Counted from the whole stretch's first letter, positions 1 through 12,642 are shown. The stretch: 63,616 nucleotides of DNA, filler included, from Chiloscyllium plagiosum (GCF_004010195.1; 4 parts of one record of this genome joined end to end with filler, not necessarily neighbours in it), one strand, 5' to 3'. Made by a program: numbers and translations. The notes: generated by a model from the letters alone, not told the origin.

Positions 1-140
1 AGAAATTTCTCTCCATCTAAACCTTTCACACTATGGCAGTCCCAGTTGATGTTTGGAAAGTTAAAATCCCCTACCATAACCACCCTATTATTCTTACAGA
101 TAGCTGAGATCTCCTAACAAGTTTTTTTTTCTCAATTTCC

Positions 141-218
141 CTCTGACTATTGGGGGGGTCTATAATACAATCCCAATAACTCTGACTATTGGGGGGGTCT
201 ATAATGCAATCCTAATAA
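141..218. repeat. 39-bp tandem duplication inside the CR1 endonuclease region
   Basis: ctctgactattgggggggtctataatacaatcccaataa at 141-179 repeated at 180-218 with 2 mismatches. Confidence 0.9.
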
Positions 219-724
219 GGTGATCATCCCTTTTTTATTTCTCCGTTCCACCCAAATAACTTCCCTGGATGTATTTCCAGGAATATCCTCCCTTAGCACA
301 GCTGTAATGCTATCCCTTATCAAAAGTGGCACTCCCCCTACTCTTTTGCCTCCCTTTCTATCCTTCCTGTAGCATTTGTATCCTGGAACATTCAGCTGCC
401 AGTCCTTCCCATCCCTGAGCCATGTTCCCGTAATTGCTATGATATCCCAGTCCCATGTTCCTAACCATGCCCTAAGTTCATCTGCCTATACTGTTAGGCC
501 CCTTGCATTGAAATAAATGCAGTTTATTTTATTAGTCCTACCTTGTCCCTGCCTGCCCTAACTGTTTGACTCACTTCTGTTCTCAGCTGTACCTGTCTCA
601 GATCAATCTCTTCCCTCACTATCTCCCTGGGTCCCAACCCCCCACCTTACTAGTTTAAATCCTCCCAAGCAGTTCTAGCAAATTTTCCTGCCAGTATATT
701 AGTCTCCTTCCAATTTAGGTGCAA

Positions 725-1582
725 TCAATCCTTCTTGTATAGGTCACTTCTTCCCCAAAAGAGATTCCAATCATCCAAAAATGTGAATCCTTCTCCCATA
801 CAACAACTCCTCAGCCATGCATTCATCTGCTCTATCCTCCTATTCCTGCCCTCACTAGCTCGTAGCACTGGGAGTAATCCAGATATTACTACCCTTGAGG
901 ACCTTCTTTTTAAAATTCTACCTAACTCTCTGTAATCTCCCTTCAGAGTCTCAACCTTTTCCCTTCCAATGTCGTTGGTTCCAACATGGACAATGACCTC
1001 CTGCTGGCCCCTTTTCCCCGTGAGAACATCCTGTACCCTCTTTGAAACATCCTTGTTCCTGGCACCAGGGAAACAACACACCATTCTGCTTTTTCTCTGC
1101 TGGCCACAGAAACGTCTGTCTGTACCTCGGACTACAGAATCCCCCAACACAATTGATCTCTTGGAAGCCGACGTACCCCTCGATGCATTAGAGCCAGTCT
1201 CAATACCAGAAACTTGGCTGTTCGTGCTACGTTCCCCTGAGAATCCATCACCCCCTACATTTTCCAAAACAGCATACCTGTTTGAAATGGGTATATCCAC
1301 AAAAGACTCCTACTTTAGCTGCCTACCTCTCTTACCCTTCCTGGAGTTAACCCATTTATGTGACTGTATCTGAGACTTTCCTCCCTTTCTATAACTGCCA
1401 ACCATCACATAATGTAGCTGTTGCAAATTCCTCATCGCTTTTATTTGTCTCTCCAACCGATCCACTCGATCTGATAAGATTTGCATCCAACAGCATTTAT
1501 GGCAGATATAATCCGCAGTAACCCTTAAACTCTCTTTAAACTCCCACATCTGACAAGAAGTACATATCACTGCAAAGGCCAT
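725..1582 (-). pseudogene. Disrupted CR1 ORF1: CxxC..CxxC zinc finger/coiled coil plus SGNH/GDSL esterase domain
   Basis: ORF 1310-1582 has CTSC...CHKC then heptad-rich LSDRVDRLERQI; ORF 725-1300 has SGNH blocks LGDSVVRG, CFPGA, VHVGTND; split by a stop. Confidence 0.88.
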
Positions 1583-2269
1583 TTTTGCTCCTTCACAATC
1601 TACAGACCCAGAAAAACAAACACTGCCCCAGGTTAAATACTGATGTTTGACATCTGCATTCTTGAAGCATATAGTTCTGCAAATACCTGCCTGCTAAACC
1701 TTGGCGTCAGGAAACTGGTGCACCTCATTCATTGTCAGATAGCTGTGCGAAGACCCAGATACATGCATTGTCACAGCAATGAACGGAAACCTCTCTAGCA
1801 GCCTATTTTGGCTCCTGATACACCATCTCCACTAAAACAGATGCAGGCTAGCAATGAAAGCAATCCTCATTACTGTTAGCTTTCTCTCTACATCAATTGT
1901 AAAACTGCTGAGGTTGCCTTCTTATTCCTGATGTGTGAGAACCTGCTTCAGCCCTAATGCCTGTTTTATATGGGCAAGATTAGCACATTGATTGTGCAAT
2001 GTGTGAAGGTTACAATGTTGTGGGCTCCCCTTTCACAAGCAATAATTCCTGAGTTAACAAGCTGAATAGGACTAATGCACAGTCTAGGTGCTAAAGTATA
2101 TTACAAGCTCAAAAATACTCTAGAAATTCCCCGATGGACTAACAGTCCACAGGACTTATTGAAGTAATGGAATCAAGATGGAAAATCAGGTTATGTGCCC
2201 TTTTGCACTGTGAAAATCAATTGAGGACAGAATTTAGCTCAGTTACAAGGTATTCTCATGCACGATTGA

Positions 2270-2430
2270 AAGAACAGCAATATTTATCCCTCAACCAAAA
2301 TAATGAAAACCGAAAATTTGGTCATTAGTCTTGTATTGGGAGCTTGCTGTGTGCAAATTGGCTGTTGCAGTTCCTATATTACAACAGTGGCAGGACTTCC
2401 TTAGCTGTGTTCATGAAAGGTACTTCATTT
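2270..2430 (+). mobile_element. Old Deu-domain SINE fragment (SacSINE1/AmnSINE-like)
   Basis: gggagcttgctgtgtgcaaattggctg...tattacaacagtg core, shared with 9975-10215, 15890-16300 and 45470-45820. Confidence 0.6.
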
Positions 2431-2679
2431 AGAATAAAGATCCTGCAATTCCCTGAATAGAGTGTCATTGAGCAACTTTCTTGTTCTGTGTTCCAGATAA
2501 GGTACCTTTGTTCACCAAGAACAAATATCAGAAATGTGAGCACAATCTCAAAGTGTTATGCCTTCTTGACAGGTAAGGGTCCTCATTGAGAATGCATTAC
2601 CTCAGCGTTGTCACCTTGACTCAATCCCTACTTCTATTACTGTACACCAGTTAATAGAAAGGTTTTATAACCATGAATA

Positions 2680-3000
2680 CTTCTGAAGAAGGGTCATTGG
2701 AATCAAAACTTTAACTCTGAGTCCCTGCAGCAATTTCTGTTTTTGTTTTGGATTTCCAGAAATAGCAGTTCTTCACCAGACGCCTGGAGGAAGAACACCT
2801 CATCTTCCGCCTTGGAACACTTCAACCCCAGGGCATCAATGTGGACTTCAACAGTTTCCTCATTTCCCCTTCTCCCATCTCACCCCAGTTCCAAACTTCC
2901 AGCTCAGCACTGTCCCCATGACTTGTCCTACCTGCCCCTTTTTACTGCTCCTCGGATGCTGCCTGAACTGCTGTGCTCTTCCAGCACTACTAATCCAGAA
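2680..3000 (+). mobile_element. Penelope-like fragments: old pLTR with decayed hammerhead, then GIY-YIG C-terminus and partial pLTR
   Basis: 2776-2870 translates RRLEEEHLIFRLGTLQPQGINVDF (same as the 39687-39872 ORF); 2941-3000 matches the pLTR at 54700-54760. Confidence 0.8.
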
Positions 3001-3199
3001 TATATTTTTGGTGTGGTCAGCTGGATTCAGAAATTAGCAATTCAGATGTGTGCTTGACCCTCCTCTACCATACTGATGTAAATTGATAAAGAAGACATGG
3101 AAATGAAAATGGAGAGACTTTTATTTTTATGGTGTCATTTATTCCTTCAGGATGTTCTAAATTGCTGAAGAACCAGATAACTTAATTTCTGAGTAGGAA

Positions 3200-3390
3200 T
3201 TACAGCAGATACTGGAATCTGTACTGAAAACAAAGATGCTGGAGATCACAATGGGTCAGGCAGCATCCATGGAGAGAGAGCAAAATAACATTTCGAGCCC
3301 AGATAACTCTTCATCAGAGCTGAAACGTTAGCTCGCTTTCTCTCCATGGATGCTGCCTGACCTGCAGTGATCTCCAGCATCTTTGGTTTA
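3200..3390. mobile_element. Short inverted-repeat PLE pLTR insertion (third family) with degenerate minus-strand hammerhead at ~3283-3320
   Basis: gatgctggagatcac...ggtcaggcagcatccatggagaga is the reverse complement of tctccatggatgctgcctgacc...gtgatctccagcatc; minus strand reads CTGATGA A GAGTT atctg GGCTC GAAA tgtt. Confidence 0.75.
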
Positions 3391-3564
3391 AGTAAATTTC
3401 TGACGTGTGGTACCTCATTTGTTCATTGCATGATTCCACCAGTAGTAAAGTGATAATGTTAAGATTATCTGATTTCGGTGTGATTTAGTGTTAAACATTG
3501 ACCAGGGCACTGGGGGGAAAACAAACGTCACTGGCTCTGTGTCAAGGACGTTTACATTTACCAA

Positions 3565-4090
3565 CTTTTTTATTCATTGAATGTGGGTCTCAGTGCCCAG
3601 GCCAGCACTTATTGCACATCCCTAATGCCCAATTGTCAGCCAAACTGCTGTGGGTCTGGAGTCTCATGTAAGTCAGACAAGAAGAGCAAACATCCTCTCC
3701 TTAAGGCGATAAGTGAACCAGATAGTTTATTTCCCTACAATCGACATTGTTTTTTTTTATTCAATAACAAGATGACGGTGTCACTGGCTAACCAGTATTT
3801 ATTGCCCAGCCTAGTGGGCAGTTAAGAGTCAGCCATATTGCTGTGGAGAGCAACGTAGAGCAGACCAAGTAGAGAATGGCAGTTTTCTTCCCTGAATGAT
3901 ACTAGTGAACCAGATGGATTTTTCCAATAATTGACAGTGGATTCATGGTCATCATTAGATTCTTAATTCCAGACTTTTAATTGAATTCAAATTCCACGAT
4001 CTGCCATGGCAGGATTTGAAGCCAGGTCATCAGGACATTACCTGGCTCTACAGATTAATAGTCCAGTGATCATACTAGGCTATCATCTCT
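3565..4090 (-). mobile_element. Two adjacent copies of a tRNA-derived SINE with LINE-derived 3' tail
   Basis: Repeated ggccagca.ttattgc..atccctaat...agtgaaccagatg blocks; B-box-like ggatttgaa near 4012; a third copy at 10818-11115. Confidence 0.7.
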
Positions 4091-4116
4091 TACCTGAGAG
4101 TACACCACCTCTGTTT

Positions 4117-5000
4117 TAGAGTCATAGAGTCATAGAGATGTACAGCATGGAAACAGACCCTTTGCTCCAACCTGTCCATGACAACCAGATATCCCAACCC
4201 AATCTACTCCCACCTGCCAGCACCCGGCCCAAATCCCTCCAAACCCTTCCTATTCATATATCCATCCAAATGCCTCTTAAATGTTGCAATTGTACCAGCC
4301 AAACTCTATAATGTCACCCCTCAGCCTCCGACGCTCCAGGGAAAACAGCCCCAGCCTGTTCAGCCTCTGCCTATAGCTCAAATCCTCCAACCCTGGCAAC
4401 ATCCTTTTAAATCTTTTCTGAACCCTTTCAGGTTTCACAACTTCTTTCCAGTAGGAAGACTAGAATTGCACGCAATATTCCAACAGTGGCCTAACCAATG
4501 TCCTGTAAAGCCGCAACATGACCTCCCAACTCCTGTACTCAATACTCTGACCAATAAAGGAAAGTATACCAAACACCTTCTTCACTATCCTATCTACCTG
4601 CGACTCAACTTTCAAGGAGCTATGAACCTGCACTCCAAAGTCTCTTCATTGAGCAACACTGCCTAGGACTTTACCATTAAGTGTATAAGTCCTGCTAAAA
4701 TATGCTTCCCCAAAATGCAGCACCTCGCATTTATCTGAATTAAACGCCATCTGCCACTTCTCAGCCCCTTGGCCCGTCTGGTCAATGTCCAGTTTTAATC
4801 TGAGGTAACCCTCTTCACTGTTCACTACACCTCCAATTCTGGTGTCATCTGCAAACTTACTAGCTGTACCTCTTATGCTCACATCCAAATCATTTATGTA
4901 AATGACGAAAAGTAGTGGACCAAGCCCCGATCCTTGTGGCACTCCACTGGTCACAGGCCTCCAGTCTGAAAGGCAACCCTCCACTACCACCCTCTGTCTT
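4117..5000 (-). mobile_element. 5'-truncated HER1/CR1 LINE 3' end (RT C-terminus plus 3'UTR) with internal deletion near 4300
   Basis: ORF 4646-5005 has [22 protein letters not shown]...KFADDT; ends in tandem tagagtca repeats. Confidence 0.93.
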
Positions 5001-5489
5001 AACATGGCAATTCTTCAGTACTGGAACATTCGACTCAATTTTGTGCTCCAGTCCTCAAATAAACATGCCAACATTGGTCTTCAGGAATATTTATAACTTA
5101 CAAGAAGCTAAAGTGGAAGGTGCATGGCATAGTCAGGAGTGTCCCTGCCTCCTGGCCAGAAGCTCTGGGTTCATGTTCCATCTTAGTATTTGATGACCAT
5201 GGAAAGTACATTCGTCGTGTGGCCCAACAGTCTGAGTATCAATGTGTAAATTATTCCAACATATGCCTGTGGCAGATGGTGAAAGTGGGAGATTTTCTGG
5301 TTCAGGCATATGATGCTATCAAATCAAAGCATCTACCAACATTATTCAAGGCTCCAGGCTACAGCATGCGTGTATAAGTCTATTTTGCCACAGTTACTCC
5401 TTGAGGAGTCGGTGGGTTCAGTTTGTTGGGTGCTGAAAATGTGTTGCTGGAGAAGCGCAGCAGGTCAGGCAGCATCCAGGGAACAGGAG

Positions 5490-5525
5490 AATCGACGTTT
5501 CGGGCATAAGCCCTTCTTCAGGAAT
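5490..5525 (-). ncRNA. Minimal type I hammerhead ribozyme motif (PLE pLTR)
   Basis: AUUC-CUGAAGA-A-GGGC uuau GCCC-GAAA-CG-UC-GAUU. Confidence 0.8.
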
Positions 5526-5577
5526 GAGGAAAGTTTGTCCAGCAGGCTAAGATAAAAGGTGCAAGACTTGCGCCCAC

Positions 5578-5961
5578 NNNNNNNNNNNNNNNNNNNNNNN
5601 NNNNNNNNNNNNNNNNNNNNNNNNNNNNNNNNNNNNNNNNNNNNNNNNNNNNNNNNNNNNNNNNNNNNNNNNNNNNNNNNNNNNNNNNNNNNNNNNNNNN
5701 NNNNNNNNNNNNNNNNNNNNNNNNNNNNNNNNNNNNNNNNNNNNNNNNNNNNNNNNNNNNNNNNNNNNNNNNNNNNNNNNNNNNNNNNNNNNNNNNNNNN
5801 NNNNNNNNNNNNNNNNNNNNNNNNNNNNNNNNNNNNNNNNNNNNNNNNNNNNNNNNNNNNNNNNNNNNNNNNNNNNNNNNNNNNNNNNNNNNNNNNNNNN
5901 NNNNNNNNNNNNNNNNNNNNNNNNNNNNNNNNNNNNNNNNNNNNNNNNNNNNNNNNNNNNN
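5578..5961. other. Scaffold gap (N run)
   Basis: N characters. Confidence 0.99.
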
Positions 5962-6060
5962 CCTCACCTTGACCTCTTTCCACCTATCACATTTCCGACG
6001 CCCCTCCCCCAAGTCCCTCCTCCCTACCTTTTATCTTAGCCTGCTGGACAAACTTTCCTC

Positions 6061-6096
6061 ATTCCTGAAGAAGGGCTAATGCCCGAAACGTCGATT
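6061..6096 (+). ncRNA. Minimal type I hammerhead ribozyme motif (PLE pLTR)
   Basis: AUUC-CUGAAGA-A-GGGC uaau GCCC-GAAA-CG-UC-GAUU; predicted cleavage after C6092. Confidence 0.8.
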
Positions 6097-9000
6097 CTCC
6101 TGTTCCCTGGATGCTGCCTGACCTGCTGCGCTTCTCCAGCAACACATTTTCAGCTCTGATCTCCAGCATCTGCAGACCTCACTTTCACCTCAGTTTGTTG
6201 GGTGGCTAGTGTGTGAATCAGATTGGTGCCAAATGCGCGGGTTTCTGACTCTGTACCCTACTTGTAGCAGAGATCACAGCACCGTGAGCCAGACCAGAGT
6301 TTGGGCAGAGAACTCAAGGAAAAGATATTAAATTAAGAAAGTTCAAAAGTTAACTTCTGGTATTCACAATTCTATATGTTTGCGTGAGTGTGTGTGTGCA
6401 TACATAAATTTGTTCAAAATCCTTTGCAGTCAACATGAAAGAATGTTGCCATTTACACTTGGCACACATCAGTTTATTTGCTAATGCAATTTGCATAACA
6501 TCAGAGAACTTATAATATTCTCAGCTGATGTGTCTCTTGAACTGGTGACTTTGTCTGCAGACCACACTGCTGGAAGGACTGTAATGTACTTTATGGGCAC
6601 CATTAAAAGTTCGACACACAGAAGGACGTGTTCAATAACAGCGGGCTACAGATCTAATTCCCTTTGACTCCCATCATGTTGCTGAAATAATACATTTGGT
6701 GATCTGTCATAGTTATAAGAATGTTAAAGCCACAGAATGCAGTCTTTGCTTTAATGTGTCAGGGGTGTTGTAAGGCAGCCAGCAGGGGAACTGTTACTGA
6801 AAACAATTCACAACTCTGAGGAGCAGTTAATATAAAACCAAGAGCGGGAGTGACCTTTCTGTGAAAAGGCACCTGGAAAAATATATTTTCTTTCTTCGAA
6901 TAGGCTTGTTTTAAAGATATAAAACACCAACAGTTCAGCTTTCTTTGGTAGCACACTCTTAATGTGTTTTGGTAGGGTTACTTTATTCACAATCTTCTCA
7001 AGTCCGTTAAATCTACATGTGTTAATAGAGAACGCCAAGGAATTTTGCTTCAAAGCAATCACTGGAAATTAAATACATCCTGGGCTGTGTCTTAAGATTT
7101 GTTGCATGTCTGTCATAACATGGTGGGGAGCAAAATTGGAGAGAAGGAGGATGAGTTTACGGGGAATTTGCAGGTGCAGATAAACCTGCTATTACCTCTG
7201 GATTGTTCTGTACTACTGCGATGGTGCTTTCCATCTGCATAAATTTACCTCTAATGCAGGGTATTCTCACAATAATGCTAGTGTTCTTTTCACGGCAGGA
7301 CACACACACTTTAGGGATCGTTCTCCTTCATCACTGAATATCTTCAGACTGCATTTGCCAAACATGGGCAATCAGGAAATACATTTCAAACATTTCAACA
7401 CAGATACCCATATTGGTGGTTGCAGACTGATCAATTTGAAGAACTGTAAGATACTTTCCATAAGGCATTGGAGAACCACTAAAAAATGTAGAAGGTGCCA
7501 TGAAGTTAAAGAAAAGAGAGTAAACGTGAATGACAGAAATGTGGAGTGAGTAAGAACAAAAAAGAACTGGGAAAAAAAAGACAATAAAAATAGGTAAAAG
7601 GATGAAAGTATGTAAAACAAAATGGAGGAAACTGTGAATTAGTCGAGAGAGAGAGAGCAAAGAATCAAGGGGAAGAGGTGTCTGTCCAGTGTTAGTTTAT
7701 GTGACATCACCAGCACTCACTTTGCATACTTTTAATCAGTTGGACTTTGGATTGAAAGAGTGTTAAAGGAAGCTTGCTCATAAAGTTTTGATGGCTTGGC
7801 CATCTGGATGAGAGAAGCCTGTAAAAGAGGCCCTGGAAAGGTTACAAAGGTCAGGAGTTGTTTGCCCCTGTGGCCGTAGTTAGTCAAATCCTCAGACCAC
7901 CACACTAAACTTCTCACTGACCACTGAACCTCGAGCCAGTTAATTTTACCATGAATCGCTCGGTGATATGATTGAAAGCTTTTATTTCATTCATTTTCCT
8001 ATCTTTCATCAAAGCTTGTAAAGTATTCAGCTTAGACACAGAAAATGCTGCTGCCTGCATCCCGGTCTAATAGCTTCCATCCTTTCTCATTACTTAGCTC
8101 ATTAATAAGTGACCTGAAGGCATTAAACTTGTTGTATAATGGATACTTGCTGTTTAGAGGCTATAAAAGTAAACAGACCTGCTTAAAGAAAAAAAGCACA
8201 AAAATCCTTCTCGAAGTACAAAGGTCCATTTCATGTCTGCAAAAGGAGAAAGGGAGTGGTGCTGGAAAGAAAAAGGAGTTTGGGCTCTTCAATCCTGTTC
8301 GTATCGCCTGCTAAGAGATTAGTCCCCAGCATCAGGTTTATGAATTGCAGGCTTCATTAGTCTTAAAATGGTAACAAAGGAAGATGCGTTCTAAAAAGTG
8401 TCATCCTTCATCTGAGAGGGCAATGTCTGACACATTAGGAATCTATATGCTCAATTAACTACTGGCAGGCTCATTTTTTCTGTCTCTCTCTCTCTGAAGC
8501 TTTCAGCATCCAGCCATTGATGTCCCTGACTGCATGTAAACACTCAATTACAAACAGACTAGTGGGTATTTGATTTTCAGTAAAAGGTTTGACTGCTGCT
8601 AGCTTTACACTCCATCACCTTGTTGAATATAATAATGAAACAGTGAGAAAGTGCCTGGGAAAAAATGCCGCCTGTTATTTAGAGGGATGCTGGGGTTTAT
8701 AAACTCAACATACACACAGACACACACACACAGACATATTGTTTGCCTCCTTTTGATCTCAAATCATAACAAGAAAGAAATACCCACATAAAATGCAAAC
8801 AGCATCAAAAAGAGAAGCCTCTTGATATTAGTGGAATTTCTGTTGACACCGGTGGGTTCTGTGATGCATTGACGCATCAAGATGTGGGTCAGGCTGGCAG
8901 ATTGTGGCTGCCTTGTGGCTACACAGAACTGTAGGGAGGCGACACAGTACAGGTGTACGCCGACGAAGTGCTTTGCTACAAAGGTTTTTTTTTGCATGTA

Positions 9001-9381
9001 TGTTAATTGTCAGGAAGCAGCTTGCTGAATAAAAACCTTTCCCAAGGACTGTCTGCAGTGGGTACTGACAAACGAAAGAGAAAAAGACATTAGTGACCCC
9101 AATGTTTAATCAAAATTACTGTAATAGGCATGTTATAAAGCTAATTATAGCAATTATAAAGACAAGAGCCATATGACTGCTCCTTGTGTCTGCTCTAGCC
9201 CCTAAAAAGTGAGGGACAATTAACACCGGATTAGTTCCTTGTCCTGGCTCGCCAAGTGGGAATGATCAGTGACCTTCTCATTTTATCCTCATTAGTGTCC
9301 TATGTCAACTAAGAGGTTGGTCTTTAATCATCACCCATCATCTAATGCTTCCAGGAAGGGAAACAATGATTTGTTACCAGA

Positions 9382-9394
9382 AGGTCAGAGGTCA
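9382..9394 (+). promoter_or_regulatory. Perfect DR1 nuclear-receptor element
   Basis: AGGTCA g AGGTCA; sequence match only, function untested. Confidence 0.5.
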
Positions 9395-9450
9395 AATATT
9401 AGTTTTGCTTTTGCCTTAAGTGTAGTGTAGAAAGATGGGGTGGGGGAATG

Positions 9451-9467
9451 AGGTCAGCTACAGGTCA
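9451..9467 (+). promoter_or_regulatory. Perfect DR5 element (classical RAR/RXR response element geometry)
   Basis: AGGTCA gctac AGGTCA; sequence match only, function untested. Confidence 0.5.
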
Positions 9468-9974
9468 CATTAACAGGGAAGCTTGTTGTGATGTGAAATA
9501 ATTGTAAGTTCTTAAGCCGCAAATAACACCAGGAGAAGGTTTCTCGCCTCCTGTGTTTAATTATGTCCTTGTTGCCTTTTTTTTCCACCTCAGAGTGTGT
9601 GTCAATAGCTCGCTTGTTCTTCTGGAAGAGTGGCAGGGCTCGAGACACCCAGTGCCAGTGTAAATGAGCTCCATTCATTTCCCGCCACTGGCATATGGCA
9701 TGCCATTGTCCTCTGCAACTGAGGCAGAAGTGATGCAATTTGTTGGCAATGTTCTGTCACTGCACAAAACTCAGTCCCACGGAGGTCCAGCACACTGCAA
9801 CAGCAGCTTCAACATGACCGCAATAAAAAAAAACATAGCCAGAAACTGCTCAGTGAAGTTGACAAATGCCAAAGATTAAAGCAGTTTATAGATGGATCTT
9901 AAATAAAAAGCAAAATTATGCAGCTTGTAATTTTTTTGTGGAACTCAGTTTGCAACAGAACAGTTCCACTGAAA

Positions 9975-10215
9975 GACAGACTTGTTTTTATAATGCCTTT
10001 CACAATCCCTGGAAGTTCCAAAGCATCCCAAACACAATGATGTGTTTTTTTGGAATATGTTTACTGTTAAGAAATGCTGCAGCCAGTTTGCACACAGTAG
10101 GCTCCCACCCACAAACAGCATGGTGATAAAAGCCAGGTAATCTTTTTTGAGTAACCTTGCTTCATGGATAAACATTGACCAGGACATGAGGGAAATTACT
10201 CTAATTTTCTTCAAA
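9975..10215 (-). mobile_element. Deu-domain SINE fragment
   Basis: acttgttttataatgcctttcac tail and gcagccagtttgcacacagtaggctccca core (reverse complement of the 2270 copy). Confidence 0.6.
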
Positions 10216-10754
10216 ACAGTCAGATTGTTTTTTTGCCCTGGTTTTTGGTTGACAGGCTGGCAAAATCTTTTCAAATGAGTAAAGGCGGGAAGTCCAAGTT
10301 CTTGTGGATCTTGGCGAAAGAGCTTCAATTCTGTGCATAATCCTGTTCTTATCTGATGTCTGCACATTTGTCCTGCTCAGCAGGGGATGTGAGACTGCAG
10401 CAATGCATGGAAACAGAAGTTAATTGTTTTCCCAACTATTTTGCATTTAAAATCGAATTTGGGATCTTCTGGTCCACATTGTCTCGTAGTAAAAAAGGTG
10501 CGGTGATTACAGGTTTTGAGGGAATGTGGTCACTCACCTGTCCATTTTAAAATTGCCCTGTAACTTTTTCACAGTAGAATATCCCATAACATATTTATCA
10601 GCTCCCAGCTCTCCTGATTTGATGCACTTAGCCATTAAACACAGTGTTGACCAATAAATAAAATAGAACAAAATGAAGGGAAATAATTGAAACAAATTTA
10701 TAAAATCTGCAATGAAATTAAATTAATTAATGATTTTTTAAAAAGAAAATAACC

Positions 10755-11535
10755 AAATTGGAGAGGAAGTAGAAAAGATTTACTAGAATGTGGTCAAGGA
10801 TGAGGAACTGTTAAAACATTTATTCATGGGATAAGCACGTCACTGGCTATGCCAACAATTATTGTCCTATGGGCAGTTAAGAAGAGTCAACTACATTGTT
10901 CTGGGTCTGGAGTCTTATATAGACCAGACCAGGTAAGGATGGCAGTTTGCTTCCCCAAAGGACATTAGTGAACCAGCTAGGTTTTTCAAACAATTGACAA
11001 TGGATTCATGGTCATCAGTAGACTCTTAATTCCAGATATTTATTGGATTGAAATTCCATTGTCTGCCTTGGCATTATCTGGGTCACTGGATTAACAGTCC
11101 AGTGGCCATTGCTTCCTGCTGTCGTTATATGGAGAGTTTGGAGAAGCTAAGTCTGTTCTTCTAAGAGCAGAGAAGATTAAGGTGTTTGCTCATGGCGATG
11201 GAAATTATGAATTGTTTTACGGAATAAATAAGAAGCTGTTTGCATTGGTAGAAGGGTTGGTAACCAGAAAGCACAAAAGAAGCAGAGGTGATATGAGGAA
11301 GTTATTTTGTTAATCAGTGAGCTGTTGTGATCTGGAAGGTTGGTGGAAGAATATTCAATAGTTACTAATAGTTACTTTTAGAATGGAATTGGATAAATAC
11401 TTGAAGAGAAATGAAAATTACTGGACTATGGGAAATGAGCAGAAGAATAGAATTAATTGTGCTGCACTGCCAAAAATCTAGGTTACACTCGATGGACCGA
11501 ATGACCGCATTCTATGCTGTATCATTTCAGGATTA
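10755..11535 (+). mobile_element. Old CR1 3' fragment interrupted by a minus-strand SINE (10818-11115)
   Basis: ggagaggaagtagaaaagatttactagaatg... resumes at ~11120 with ggagagtttggagaagctaag and ends gatggaccgaatgacc..ttctatgctgtatc. Confidence 0.7.
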
Positions 11536-11773
11536 TAAAAAAGCAAATACCATAGGTTAATTAGAGGGAATATCAAGGATTTATGCCTTATTTGATGAAT
11601 CCATATATCTTGTTGCAATCTCCTTCAGGACCAGCAACTTTTTTTTCAATAATGTAGCCACAAAGTTCCATGGTTTAACAGAAGTTTTTTTTACTAGACA
11701 CGAGTTAAGTAAAGGAAACAGCTAAATATTGTCTTGTGGGTGTAGGTTTGCTTGCTGAGCTCAAAGGTTCATT

Positions 11774-11815
11774 TCCAGACATTTCATTACCTTACTAGGT
11801 AACATATTCAGTGGA
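11774..11815 (-). ncRNA. Degenerate hammerhead motif (family 2)
   Basis: UCCA-CUGAAUA-U-GUUACC uaguaa GGUAAU-GAAA-UG-UC-UGGA; G8 mutated. Confidence 0.6.
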
Positions 11816-12642
11816 CCTCATGCAAAGCAATGCTGAAAATTCCCACTTTCTATTTATATGTTTGGGTTTCTGTGGATTGATGATGTCATTTGCTGTGGTG
11901 ATGTTATTTCCTGTGGTGAAGACACTTCCTGTTCCTTTTCTCAGGGGGTGCTTCGTCATCCGTATGTGAGGATACTAGTGAGAGAGGGTCATGTCTTTTT
12001 GTGGCTAGTTGGTGTTCATGTACCCTGGTGGCTAGTTTTCTGCCTGTTTGTCCAATGTAGGGTTTGTTACAGTTCTTGCATGATAATTTGTAAATGATAT
12101 TAGTTTTGCTCATTGTCTGTATAGGGTCTTTCAAGTTCATTAGCTGCTGTTTCAGTGTGTTGGTGGGTTTGTGGGCAGCAGCAGCTAATGAACTTGAAAG
12201 ACCCGATACAGACAATGAGCTAAACTAATGTAATTTACAAATTATCATGCAAGACTGTAACAAACACGACATTGGACAAACAGGCAGAAAACAAGCCACC
12301 AGGATACATGAACACCAACTAGCCACAAAAAGACATGACCCTCTCTCACTAGTATCCTCACGTACAGATGAGGAAGGACACCACTTCAACTGGGCCAATA
12401 CATTCATCCTAGGACAAGCCAAACAAAGACACGCATGAGAATTCCTAGAAGCATAGCATTCCAACCAGAACTCTATCAACAAACACATCGAGTTAGACCC
12501 TGTCTACCACCCCCTGAGAAAAGAAACAGGAAGTGTCTTCACCACAGAAAATAACATCACCACAGCAAATGACATCATCAATCCACAGAAATCCAAACAT
12601 ATAAATAGAAAGCAGGAATTTTCAGCATTGCTTTGCATGAGG

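Larger units (their letters stand above)
1..1637 (-). mobile_element. CR1-clade (HER1-like) LINE, 5' part: 5'UTR fragment, ORF1 and start of ORF2 APE endonuclease; continues off the window
   Basis: Minus strand near 525-400 reads NCIYFNARGL...WLGTWDWDIIAIT (APE endonuclease start), matching the copy at 21690; ORF1 lies upstream on the same strand. Confidence 0.92.
5433..6189. mobile_element. PLE insertion with inverted pseudo-LTRs, spanning a gap; 15-bp TSD
   Basis: 5433-5560 is the reverse complement of ~6025-6153; tcagtttgttgggtg at 5418-5432 and 6190-6204. Confidence 0.9.

Noticed and set aside
725..1300. GDSL/SGNH esterase as a host or horizontally acquired enzyme
   Set aside because: It is the known esterase domain of CR1-clade ORF1, directly upstream of ORF2 and disrupted
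5465..6012. Three long ORFs in the ORF track
   Set aside because: They are open only because they run through Ns
9570..9670. Strong splice acceptor (tttttttccacctcag) followed by short peptides
   Set aside because: All frames stop within ~25 codons, there is no convincing donor, and no recognisable product
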